This document shows, in pieces, positions 21,955-32,935 of a DNA stretch of 64,000 nucleotides; the stretch's first letter is position 1, and every line of letters begins with the position of its first letter. The stretch lies in assembly GCA_964019335.1 (NCBI GenBank), contig OZ025651.1:496001-560000 (forward strand). The letters are read 5' to 3'. The notes beneath the pieces are model-generated. The model worked only from the letters and a program-made list of their open reading frames with translations, was not told the DNA's origin and ran no database searches. Made by a program: the position numbers and the translations under genes. This stretch comes from Diplonema japonicum. Its lineage: Eukaryota > Protista > Euglenozoa: Diplonemea.

Positions 21955-22171
21955 ACTCACCCTTACCCCTTTGTTTATTTATTTATTTATTTTTTTCGTT
22001 TTTAAGAATGACAGGGAAAGGGGGGGGGGGGAAATAGAAGAAGGGGGGGAAAAAAAGAAAAAGCGAAAAAAAAGGGGGGTAAAAAAGATCAGATTTTTTT
22101 TTCTTCCCTTCTTTTTTTTTTTTTTTTTTTTTTCCGCACACTTTTTTTTTTCTTCTTTTTTTTGCCCACCC

Positions 22172-23257
22172 TCAGCAAGGCAGCAAGATTTTACTGCGCA
22201 CCCACCCTTGGATATTCCGTTTTGTAACGGATATTTTAGAAAGATCGTTTGCCTGCTCCACAACAGTGACTCTGGTGGTGGGCCGAACTACATAAGGGAG
22301 GTTGGAAACAGGGTGGAGGAGGTACGTGGGTGGTTTCATGGCATTCATGCGAAGTTTTGCTCCCTTGGGGTACTGATTACGATCTATCTGAAAGGTTGGG
22401 GGGGACGGGTTCGGTTCCGGGACACAAGGGGCGTTTCCGAGCCCTCCCACGGTGAGGTCGTGCAGGTTGTGGATGCTGGTACTGAGGACTTCGTCCTTCT
22501 CCCTTAGCAACGCGGCAATTTCCTGTTTTATTTTGGCTTTTTCCAGATCCACTTCGGTAACAGGAGGCGGGACTGAACCCAGAGACGCCACAGGTGTTAT
22601 TTCACCTTTTCCGTTAGATTGAACCGGCGGCGGTGTGGGTGTGCTTGGAACAGCTGCTGGTTGCTCAGGTATAACAGGCTGCAGATCGACTTTATTGTGC
22701 TCTTCTTCCTCTTCTTCTTCCTCCTCCTCTTCTTCTTCTTCCTCTTCTTCGTTCTCTGCTTCTTGTTGTTCTTTTTCCAGCTCCTCCTCCCGTCGCCGTA
22801 TCTCCGCAAAGACGTAATCCGGACGTCGCTTTGCGTTCACCCAAATCTTTGGTTCGTGTGTCTCTGCAATCTCCCCCTTGGCGGCAAGGATTAAAGCAGG
22901 CAGGAAGAGCTTCATGTGATAGATTAAGAGTGATTTATTGAAAGCCGTTGATGTGGTTATAATGCAGGAGCCGGAGTTCCCGCTTTTGCAGGCGGACACC
23001 AAGGGAACAGCGGTGGCTAGTTTTTCTCGTCGGTATTTCATGAGCTTTTTGAGTGCTTTCAGAAGGATTTGGTGCGGGAGGTAGTCCATCCCTTCCACGA
23101 GCTCGTCGTCGATCTCGAACGACTTCCCCTCCTCGTCGCATCTTACCACAAGCACGTGCTGCCCCACATTTTTTTTTGCTTTCTTCACCTCCTCGCTACG
23201 CAGGGTTTGCTCTGTTTCCAATAATGTCCTCTTAGTTGAACTTCGCAGACTGTGCAT
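22172..23257 (-). CDS. Hypothetical protein with poly-Glu tract and C-terminal SH3-like domain
   Basis: C-terminus RVTVVEQ...KISV....QGWVRSKIL fits an SH3-like beta pattern. Confidence 0.7.
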   Translation of the reverse strand: MHSLRSSTKRTLLETEQTLRSEEVKKAKKNVGQHVLVVRCDEEGKSFEIDDELVEGMDYLPHQILLKALKKLMKYRREKLATAVPLVSACKSGNSGSCIITTSTAFNKSLLIYHMKLFLPALILAAKGEIAETHEPKIWVNAKRRPDYVFAEIRRREEELEKEQQEAENEEEEEEEEEEEEEEEEEHNKVDLQPVIPEQPAAVPSTPTPPPVQSNGKGEITPVASLGSVPPPVTEVDLEKAKIKQEIAALLREKDEVLSTSIHNLHDLTVGGLGNAPCVPEPNPSPPTFQIDRNQYPKGAKLRMNAMKPPTYLLHPVSNLPYVVRPTTRVTVVEQANDLSKISVTKRNIQGWVRSKILLPC

Positions 23258-23807
23258 TTTCTTTTTCTTTTACCCAAACCCCCTCCCGCCACTCCTCTCC
23301 TTTTTTTTTTTTTTTTTTTTTTTTCCCTGTTCTTGTTGAAAACGGGAATAATAAAAATGAAAAACTGACCTTCAACCTGAGAAAAACAAAAAAAAAAGGG
23401 GGTGGGTGCCGAGCACCATTTATATTTCTTTGAAAGTAAGGGCAGAAGGGGGATCGCATGAGACGTAAGAAAAATAGGGTGGGATAAAAGAAAAAAAGCT
23501 GGGGTGGGAAAACTGTGCAACGGGTGTGGACAACAGGAAGAGAAGAAAAATAAAAGGGGAAGATGAAACACGAATCGAGGGGGGGTGTGATGGAGGGGAA
23601 GTGAAAAAAGCATTTTCCATTGCTTTTTTTTCCTTTTTTTTTTTTTTTTTTTTAAATGCCCCATGTTCTCTGTCTCCACAGATCTCACCTATGCTGCCTC
23701 GAAAAAAAAAAAAAGAGAATAAAAAAAAATCCCTGCCATCCCCGTCCTTCACCGGAAGCCACACTTTTTGTTTTCCTCCTTTTTTTCTTTCCCCCCCTTT
23801 TCATCAT

Positions 23808-25004
23808 TCACCCCAGCTTTACCACCTCCGGCTTGATTTTTTTAGTTTTGATTCCTTTTTGCAGGCCCTGGATAATTTATTCTTTTCCCTCAAAAAAAAA
23901 AAAAAAAAAAATACCAAGAGATGTGCTCTTGCTTCACGCAAAGAAGGGCGTTTTTCAGGATCGTGGTCTACCATTTTACTGATCATATCGATGAGATGCG
24001 TGGTGTAGTGCCTCATTTCCAGTTCACCTTTAGCGTCTTCTGCCAGATAGGTCCGTTGGCTGAGACTTTCCTTCAGAGCTGCCTCTAGGACAGAGTGGTC
24101 CTCGTAGTAAGGGTTGTTGAACGTCTTTTCGTTCAGCATAGGGAAGTCGGGAAGCGCAGCCAGAAGGTACAACACAACACCGAGAGAAAACACATCGCAC
24201 TTCGAGGAGAAGTTCATCTTTGAAATCTCAGGGGCCCGGTACTCTTCAGTGGTGTCCTGTCCGCTCTCCAAGCCTTCTTGGTTCTGGCTCCGACTAGCAT
24301 CAAAATCAGTAACCTTAAACAAAGTTGCATTATTGAAACACAATATATTTTCAGGTTTGATGTCCATATGCAAAAACGGTGGGTCTTGATCGCTCATATG
24401 TTGAAGCGCATCCAGTACCTTTTTTTTTTTTTTTTTTTTTTTTTTTCAAAAAAAAAAAAAAAAAAAAAAAAAGAAATAAAATACCTGAGTTGCTACGTTT
24501 AAAATAAAAAGTTCGTCGAGCTCACCTGAGCTGCGCACACGGTGTGCGAGGTCCCCCTCCGGGGAGTAATCCATGGCGATGGAAAGGGTATAGATCCCTT
24601 TTTCTGTATCTTCCTCTTCAGGCTGGAAGAAAAAAAAAAGTTTTTTTTGTAAAAAGTAAAAAAAAGGGGGGGAGTATATATACCCTAGTGAACACGTCAT
24701 AGTACTTGACAACGTGGTCCCCGTCCTTCATCACTCTCTTGTGTGTTTCTGCCCTTCTCGACATTTCTTGCACCATTTTTTCGTTTCCTTTCACGTCTTT
24801 GATTGCAAACTCTCTTCCGTCTGCCCTGACCGCTCTGAAGACCTGCCCCTGCGCTCCTTCACCGAGCCTTTGTATCCGTTTGTACCCTCTCACATCCGGC
24901 CTTTCGTGCAACATGGGCACCTCTGCCGCAACCGGCCAACATGTGTTGGGAGTCCCAGACCCCACGAGAGGCTCGAGGCCTGCAAGAACATCAGCAGTTG
25001 ACAT
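23808..25004 (-). CDS. Ser/Thr protein kinase (NEK-like); 4 exons (introns 24623-24683, 24419-24484, 23868-23914)
   Basis: LGEGAQGQV, AIK, HVVKYYD, MDY...GDL, HMDIKPEN, DFD, YRAPE, DVFSLG and DPEKRPS. All three introns are GT-AG, phase 0, and restore one frame. Confidence 0.9.
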
Positions 25005-25183
25005 TGGGTAGGGGGTATTTATTTTTATTTTTTGTGTGTATCCTCCCCCCCTCCTCTCCCCTCCTTGTTTTCAAAAATTCTTTCGTAATTAGGAAACAAG
25101 GGGAAAAAAAAATCACTATGATGGGAGGGGGAGGGGGGGGGGTAAGTCCCCCCCCCATCCCTTATTTCCCCCTCCCCCCCTTC

Positions 25184-27265
25184 TTAAAACAAATCGATAT
25201 CCAACCAGTTGGATTTTCGTTTCTTTGCAGCTCTCTGCTTTTCGTCCTCCGCTTTCGCTCTTCTGACGGCTCTGTCGTCGGCAGCCTCGTTCGGGTTCCG
25301 CTTGTAATCGTACATATGAGGCGCGGCCTCGACAAGCCACATTGGATTGTCGATTTTAATACAGTTCATTGCGAAGATAGCAGTGGGTGTCTCCAAGCAA
25401 TGAGTGTAGAGGATCCACTCAGGCTGGATGGTGTGGAGGGCAGACTGCGGGTGTATTGTCAAGCTAGGGGTGGAAGGATGACTCCGCACAGGCCGGTAAC
25501 CTGACGGTGTATGGTAAGCTACGTTAACAAACCAAGCAGATATCGCACACAATGTAATAAGTTTTGTATCCTCCTCTGTACTGTCCAACCCGGGGGGGTC
25601 CCACGTGTTGGAGTGAATCTTTTTATACCCGTCTTCCAAAGCACAAGCACGTAACAATGCCTTATAGTTCAACCCCCGCTCCCCCGCCCACGATGCATCC
25701 CGTTGCGCAGTTAAAAACCCCTTCAAAATGTTCAAAAGCGACAAAAAATCACCTTCTTCGACATGGTACTGAGCACGGGTCTCCTCGCCACGTCTACCGC
25801 CTCTAAGGAACAGATCCTTGATGGACAACATCGCAGCTATTTTAAAACCCATGTCGGAAATACCAACCTTCTGACAGGACAGAATAAACGCGGTAGTTTG
25901 CACATCGCAAGGCGATGCCACAAAAGCGTCGCCCAAAGCCTGCGAGACAACACTGTTCGTATCGATGATGGAGAAGGAAAACAGTGTTTCCAACCCGCGC
26001 TGCAATGCAACAACGGAAGGGGGTGTTATGTAGTCGAAATCCACGATATTGTGAACGTGAAGCGACTTCAACGTTAGGATCAGCCTCGCAAGGTCCGAGG
26101 TTTGTATCTCGGGGATTTCCTGCAACAGGAGTTCGGATTGAAACACGGGCTCGGTGTACAACCGGTAGCACACCCCAGGATGGGTTCTCCCAGCCCGTCC
26201 GGTTCTTTGTTCAGCAGTTGACCGTGAGATAGGTGTTGTAATTCTACGTGTAACACCCGATTCCGGATCCCAAACGTATTTTTCTTGAAAACCAGAATCG
26301 ACCACATATGTTATATTTTCTATTGTAACACCTGTCTCTGCCACTGATGTTGAGAGGATGATCTTACGGTCTTTATCCGATTCGGGTTTGAAAATTTTCA
26401 GTTGATCATGGACAGACATGCCTTGGTGAAGTGTTGTTACTGACATTCTCATGCGGTCCTTACCCAATGTTGACTGGTCCGTTTGTGTTAAGATCTGAGC
26501 GGCGTCCGAGACGTCCTGTGGGGTGGGGAGGAAGGCGAGGACATCGCCCTTTCGTTTGTTCTTGTGAATGTCTCGAATGGTGTCCACTACCGATTTTAGA
26601 TAGTTTTTCAGGGGATTTTTCGCGTAGTACACATCCACCGGGAATGAAGAACCCTCCACCTTCACCACTACAGGGTCGAACTTTTTGAAGAAATCCGTGT
26701 AGGTCTTCGGTTGCAGAGTAGCTGACGCGATGACAACCCTTAGATCTAACCGTTTCTTTAATATTTTTTTTAGTAGTGCTAGTAGAAGGTCCGTTGCGGT
26801 TGTTCTTAAGTGTGCCTCGTCGATAATGACAATGGAGTAAGGTTCTAAAAGCGGGGTTTTCGCCACTTCTTGGGTCAGAATTTCGTTTGAAAAGAATAGG
26901 ATTTTAGAATTTTGGGATGTTTTTTTGTCGAGTTTCACCTTGTATCCGACAAGGTCGCCTACTCGGGTTTTGTTTTCGCTCGCTACTCTGCGTGCTAAGC
27001 TAATCGCTGCCACCCCGCGTGGTTCAGCAACTGCGACCCGTCCCCATCCGGCTTGTGCGAGTATCCATGGTAGTTTTGTGCTTTTCCCGCTTCCTGTCTC
27101 ACCCACCACGACGACCACCCTCCGTTCCTCGATGGCGAAGAGAAGCTCTTTTTTGTGGAGTTCCACAGGAAGGATGCCTTGGGCAGCAGTGTTGTACACG
27201 ACAGGAGCTGCTTCTTCCCTGTCGAAGGAGAGGCCCGTGTCCCCGGGTTTGATAAAACCCGTCAT
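25184..27265 (-). CDS. DEAH-box RNA helicase (DHX35-like)
   Basis: GETGSGKST, IIDEAH, SAT, STSVAETGVTI, QRTGRAGR, HA2 and OB-fold (IHPQSAL) regions. Confidence 0.93.
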   Translation of the reverse strand: MTGFIKPGDTGLSFDREEAAPVVYNTAAQGILPVELHKKELLFAIEERRVVVVVGETGSGKSTKLPWILAQAGWGRVAVAEPRGVAAISLARRVASENKTRVGDLVGYKVKLDKKTSQNSKILFFSNEILTQEVAKTPLLEPYSIVIIDEAHLRTTATDLLLALLKKILKKRLDLRVVIASATLQPKTYTDFFKKFDPVVVKVEGSSFPVDVYYAKNPLKNYLKSVVDTIRDIHKNKRKGDVLAFLPTPQDVSDAAQILTQTDQSTLGKDRMRMSVTTLHQGMSVHDQLKIFKPESDKDRKIILSTSVAETGVTIENITYVVDSGFQEKYVWDPESGVTRRITTPISRSTAEQRTGRAGRTHPGVCYRLYTEPVFQSELLLQEIPEIQTSDLARLILTLKSLHVHNIVDFDYITPPSVVALQRGLETLFSFSIIDTNSVVSQALGDAFVASPCDVQTTAFILSCQKVGISDMGFKIAAMLSIKDLFLRGGRRGEETRAQYHVEEGDFLSLLNILKGFLTAQRDASWAGERGLNYKALLRACALEDGYKKIHSNTWDPPGLDSTEEDTKLITLCAISAWFVNVAYHTPSGYRPVRSHPSTPSLTIHPQSALHTIQPEWILYTHCLETPTAIFAMNCIKIDNPMWLVEAAPHMYDYKRNPNEAADDRAVRRAKAEDEKQRAAKKRKSNWLDIDLF

Positions 27266-27330
27266 TTTTTAATTATTTTTTTTCCCCCGTCCCGCCTGGT
27301 GGGTTTTTTTTTGTGGTTTTTTTTTTTTTT

Positions 27331-28009
27331 ATTTCACTCTTCAGAAATTACTTCACGCACTGGGGGGCCCATTACTTCACGCTAAATCTCATTACTTCAC
27401 GGTGAAATAATGGCCTGTTTTCCGTGAAGTAATAGGGGGGTTTCCATTAAATAATATGCCTCGGTAGGCCAATTTTTGCCTCGGTTCGGTTCCCAGTGGG
27501 GCTACTTTTTCCTCTCAGTTTGCTATTTCCCCCCAGGTTCAGCTCAATTGGCCAACTTTTGCCTCGGCTCAGTTCCAAGTTGGACTACTTTTTCCTCCCA
27601 ATTTGCCCACTTTTGGCTAGGCCTTGTTCCCAGTTTCTGGGGGTAACTCTTCTGTGGGTAAGGGTAACTTAGTCAGCTTACCCAAGCTCCCCAAAAGACT
27701 TCAAAATACCGAAGCAGCAGAAAAAAAGGAGCCAGCGGCCGCGCCAGGTATGGGAAGGCCTGATTAGAGATGGTGACAGTGGCAATGCCAGCGACAGCGG
27801 CAGCTCTTAGTCAACAAAAGGAGGGAAAACAACTTGTATTGTAACCTTTGTAACCCCTCTCTTGTTGTACCCCTTGTCACCCTGTTGTGCCCCTCGTGGT
27901 GAAGTAATTTCAGAGTGTCGTGAAATAAAACCACTTACCTACCGCCAAGTAATGCTTTACCGACCTCGAGGTAACGGTAAAGTCATTACTTGTTGGCAGT
28001 AAATAGCTA
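27331..28009. mobile_element. Helentron/DINE-like non-autonomous element, longest copy B
   Basis: Subterminal inverted repeats ATTTCAC..GAAATTACTTCAC / GTGAAGTAATTTC..GTGAAAT, repeated ATTACTTCACG units, an ~83-bp internal tandem duplication, a ~62-nt terminal hairpin (27940-28001), and T-runs on both sides. Confidence 0.6.
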
Positions 28010-28068
28010 TTTTTTTTTTTTTTTTTTTACTTGGTTCAAAAAAAAAAAAGAAAAAAAAAGAAGAATGA

Positions 28069-31000
28069 CTTTGGTTGCTTCATAAACCGCCTGGCGTACG
28101 AGCAACTTCTTAACCGCGCTAGCGGATGTTGCTACCCTTCTGTGCTGAAGGATGCATGGCTGCGGGAAGGGTGGACTGCGTTCTGGTAGGTTGTTGTGCC
28201 CTGTAGTCGGGCACGAAGGGGTCGGACCACTCTTTTCTCTGTGCAGTCGGTACTGCGCATTGTCTTTCCAGAATTTCGCACGTTCTGCTGGATGCGAATT
28301 TCGGCCTTCCGGTGTACCCCTTCAGTCGCTTGGGTGCACCTATCGATCGTAATGCCACGGATTCAGTTATTTCCTTGGGCATGAACGGCTTTGGTGCGTG
28401 TGCCTCGGCTGCGCCCATCAGTCTTTCAATTATTTTTGCCAATCGGTTGGCCCTCTTGGTGATGTCGTCTTGCCTGCCCAAAACGTACACCCCACTCGTC
28501 AGCTCGAAATCTATCACTAGCTCTAGTCTAGTCACCGACCCCTGCTTATTCCATTCTAATTTCGAAAGCCACTTAACTACTTCCGGCACAATCTGTGCTC
28601 CTATGAAGTTCATCTTCAAGTGCTTTCGGAACCACCTCATTTCAGGTACTGTGTACTTGCTCCATAGCGCAGGGCGTCTCCATACATGTACCCTTTTCTC
28701 ATTCTTTTCTGCTATCATCTTGGTTGCGTCCGCAAGAGTTATCATGTTGACTAGCAGTTTCTGCACAATTTCCGGCTGTGGTACTTTGCAGTTTTTCGGT
28801 ATGATTCCATGAAGTCTTAGACATTGAGGCATATCTTTCTTCGGAAAATTCATTACCGTGGTGTACATCGCTTCTTTCCGTACAGATTCATACTCTTTGC
28901 ACTTCCAGTAGATATGCTCCAGGTATGCTGTGTAGGTTCCAGCCACCTCCCCGCATCCCCTGCACAGTACTCTTGGATCTTCTACCTTGGGGTGGACCAT
29001 CCCAAGAGCTCCTGTCAGCATTCTCCTTGCGTTGTTCTGTATTTGCCACGCTTTTGTTGTTTTCCATATCATGTTTGTCCTCTGTTCGTCCACACCCTCT
29101 TTTATCCCCTCGAGGGTTGGTCGTTCTCGGCACATCTGTCCTCTACGGTATCTCTTGATACGAAGGCGATGCTCATGTACCATCATTCCCTTTGGTTGCT
29201 TGGCAACTGCTCTTAGCCATGTCCATCCTAGCCTGAGTGGTTGAAGTACATTGCGCTTTAGGTTGCTCACCGGCCCTACGCCTCTTTTACTGTGCACCTT
29301 CTTCAGCAGCTTTTTAATTCTTCTGCATCTTTTCCTCACCGGGGCTTTCTTCATCAACTTGGTGTACGCACCTAACATCCTGTACATACTGCCATCACTG
29401 GATCATGTGTATGGCCAGGGAGTACCACGTTTAGTAGGGTCGGTGATGAACGAGTCGCGTACTTGGGTCCCCAAAGTGCATCTGTCACTGCTATCCTGAG
29501 GTCTTCAAGGCGTTGCCTCGTTGGTGGCTCGTACAAAACACCATATAGGGCCGCCGGGATGATGTTTTGTGCCACTATCAACGATTTTTTCACGAACGGC
29601 AGTTGTGTCGCTCCTAGCCGTCTTGCTGCTTCTATCGCGTCTGAGACCCTTTTGTGGCCCGCTTGACGTGCTCTTGTTACATAAATTGTAACTCCGAGTG
29701 CTTTCACAGCCTTCGTCGATGCATAAGTGAACTCACCATCTTTCACTTTGGACACGTATCCCTTCTTCGTCGAGAATGTCAACGTCTTTGGTTTGCTTAT
29801 GATCATCCCGGTGATCATGCAGAACATCTTTGCAACGTTCATCGCTTCTTGTATCGGCTTCTCCCCTTCCTTGGACATCGCAGTGAGGTCGTCGGCGTAC
29901 GAGGTTACGATGGCATCGGTGCTCTCCTCCATGTCTGCTACGAGCACCGACAAGAGGGCGTTGATGAGGACCGCTGACAGGGGGCACCCTTGTAGGATGC
30001 CATTCGTCACCTCAAAGGGGTCTCCGACTCCATTAGGAAGTTTTAGTCTCCGTGACAGGTTGGCGTAGACATATCGCAGTGGTCTCGCTATGCAAGGATG
30101 TAGTCCTAGTTCCTCAACCAGCCTCAGGGATAGCTCCTGTGGCACTGTATCAAAACATTTCTGGAAATCAACAGCGACTCCATGTAATTGTGCTCCTCCT
30201 AGTATCGCTGCTTCAACCCTCGTCGACAGCTCAGCGAGCACATCATCACAGCCATGTCCAGGTCGAAACCCGTGCTGGCTATCCCTTATCCATTCTTCCT
30301 GCCATAGGAGCACTCCCTTCAGCCTCACGCATGCCCACAATCTATACACGACACTCGTGACTGTGATCGGTCTGTGGTCCAGGGGCTCCCCCGTTCCCGA
30401 TTTCGGCAGCATGGTTACTAAGGCGGTGAGCACCGGTTCTGGCCATATACCCGTCCTTTCAATGGCGTTGAGGAGGTTTGCAAACCCTTTGAGCAGAGTG
30501 TCAGGTAGTGCCTCAATTTCGGCGAATCTCCACCCATCGACCCCACATGAGTGTTTGCCTTTGGTTTTCTTCAGCACTTCGCGTAGATCAGCACACGTTA
30601 TCTCGGAGCATTCCATCTCGTAGTTGTTGATGTAGTCCTTGTACTTCTCCTTGAACTGCTTATATCTTGGTTGTTGCTTTCCCCTGTACATGCAGAATAT
30701 GCTATCCCACTTGCTTCGCAGTGCCTCCAACATCTGCTCGTTGCTCGCTGTCATGGTTTTTCCGTTGTTAATTTGTTCGGTTGTCTTCGCCTTCATCATG
30801 TCAGTAGCGTCACCAGACTTCAGAAATACAGTGATCCTCTTCCTCTCTCTTCCGAAAGATGATAAAATTCTGGCCTCTTCTGCCTTCGCGCGTTTGGACT
30901 TTATTCGTTGCAGTTCTTTGGCGTACGTCTTGTGGGCCTCCTCCCTCATCACCATGAGTTCTTTGGTTATGTCCCCGACGCATGTCCACTGCTCCATGTT

Positions 31001-32170
31001 GCTTCTCTTTGGATGCACGCCTATCCCTACCGCGTACTTTTCCACTTTCCTTAATTGGTTTCGTACATCATACGGGAGCATCCCTTCGTAGTCTCCAAGG
31101 CGCGAGAGGAAGCTATTTATCTTTCCTTTAAGTAATGCGTGTTTGTGCTCCTTCCAAGTCGCTGCACCGCATCCTCCACTGGTCGATGGCGCTATCAACT
31201 CTCTTAGCTTCGGTTCACGCACGCAACCTCTCCCCATCTGCGCTTTGCTTGCATGATAAAACTGCTCCACAGCTTCTGATAGCCTCGTGTAACAAGCATC
31301 GATCTCACTGGCTGTGCATGACGATAAGCGGTCAAGCTTGTATTTCCCGAAGATGTCGCTCCCTTCCTCTTCCGCATTCGCCGTGTCTCTTTGTGTGAGG
31401 ATCTGTGGTACTTGATATACTCTTACCAATTGTCTTAGTGGCTCCATTTCCAGGGTGACTGTTACCGCTCTGTGTGACGGAACACCAATATCTTCCGTTC
31501 TGCATTCTTTCAGGGTGGTCGCAGCGGCACTATTGAGAAGGATATAGTCGGGTCTCGTTGATGCTGTACTGGTTATGTACGACGGTGGTGCCTCCAGCCC
31601 CTCCTTTCGTGCTTGCATTGCTGCTGCATCGATCCAGTGGCTCTGGAGGGCGGTCTTCAGCACTGGCGACTCGGCTACCGTGGTGTTGAAATCACCCGCT
31701 ACGATGATTGGAACGTCCCCAAGGAGAGCCCTTGCCTTGTTCAGTATCCCGTCCAGAAGTGCCTCTCTCAGCCGCTTTCCGTACGAGTTCTTCCTCACTT
31801 CACAATACAGGTTGAAAATGTGTAACCATCGGGTTGCGCCTACCGCGATTTTGAGGTGTTGTACTCTGTCATCTTGTCCGATCCCGAGACCGTCAATGTG
31901 CGTTGTGACGCACGTTGTTGGTTGTCTTGCAATCGTAGCCAGTCCACCCCTCCTCCCTATCATCTTGCTCTCGACACCGTCTAGCACCATTCCTGGTTGT
32001 GGCACTCCGAATAACATCCGTTTTTCTTTCATATCATTGTCTGACATTATTAACGCTGCGATTTCTGTCTGTCCTCCCAGCGTCAATGCGGTTTCTTGTT
32101 ATAATTGGACGTTCGACTTCATTGTCTTGACGATATGGAGAGTGTTCTTCAGGGATGTTACGTTGACGGA
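28069..32170 (-). mobile_element. Decayed non-LTR retrotransposon (APE endonuclease + RT + CCHC zinc finger); one premature stop and one frameshift
   Basis: APE motifs SVNVTSL..QL*QET (TAA 32099-32101), GGLA, FNLY, AGDFN, RPDYILL and SHRAV. RT motifs HRPITV, QHGFRPG, VDFQKCFD, GILQGCPLS and SYADD. Frameshift at ~29372-29387 into the ORF with CRGC...HIYWKC. Confidence 0.93.
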
Positions 32171-32508
32171 AAAAAGGCATTGCGAAGAAGACACTTTTTT
32201 TTTTTTTTTTTCCCACCCCTTTTTAAGAAAAAGAAAAAAACCGCATTTGCAGGCGGTCTTCTGTTTGTTCATTGTTATTGGTGTGTCTCAGGTAGTGTAG
32301 AGAGATTTTTTTTTTTCCCCCTTTGTCCGCTCGGTTTTGAGTGTGAGCGAGCCCTTTTTTTCTTCTTCTTCTTCTTGCTTTTAAGTCTCTCGTAAAAAAA
32401 AACTTTTTTTTCTTTTTCAATCCATTCTCTGTGGCCGCTATTCCTCACTTGCGGTTGTGTACTTTTATTTTTTTACCCTCAAAAAAGAAAAGAAGAAGAT
32501 CAAAAAGG

Positions 32509-32540
<32 letters not shown>

Positions 32541-32695
32541 CATCAGAAGTTTTTTTTTTTCCCCTCCTTAAATCTGGCGTTGCGATGATAAGAAGAAAAA
32601 AAAAAGGAGAAGGGGAAAGCAAACTGACGTGCAAGGTAGTGTCTTGCAGATCTGTGCACATAAGAAGAGAAAAAGAAAAGGGAAACAAGCAAAGT

Positions 32696-32740
<45 letters not shown>

Positions 32741-32935
32741 GTTAAAACTCAAAACCCCAGAGAAAAACAAAAAGAGCTTTCTCCTACGGCAGCTTCCCGT
32801 GGTCTCCACCCTGGTTGTGGCCAGTTAGTAGAGCCGGGGGTGGAACCTTTTGAGAAGAAAAAAAAGGGGGTAGAGCATAGCAGGCAAGGGGAAAAAAAAA
32901 AAAAAAAAAAACAAAAAACAAAAAACAAAAAAAGA

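Noticed and set aside
27345-27435. Repeated ATTACTTCACG units as a CRISPR-like array
   Set aside because: Units are 11 bp, irregularly spaced and partly inverted, in a eukaryotic context with no cas genes; better explained as TE subterminal repeats.
29372-29387. Programmed ribosomal frameshift in the LINE
   Set aside because: No slippery heptamer, and a separate nonsense codon shows the copy is decayed.
28060-32195. AAAGTGTCTTCTTC / AAAGTCATTCTTC as the LINE target-site duplication
   Set aside because: Mismatched, low complexity, and not flush with the apparent element ends.
32780-32850. GC-rich island after the PDE stop as a possible extra exon (VPPPALLTG...KLP*)
   Set aside because: An acceptor AG exists, but there is no GT donor close to the ORF end (a GC donor would be needed), and the PDE domain is already complete.
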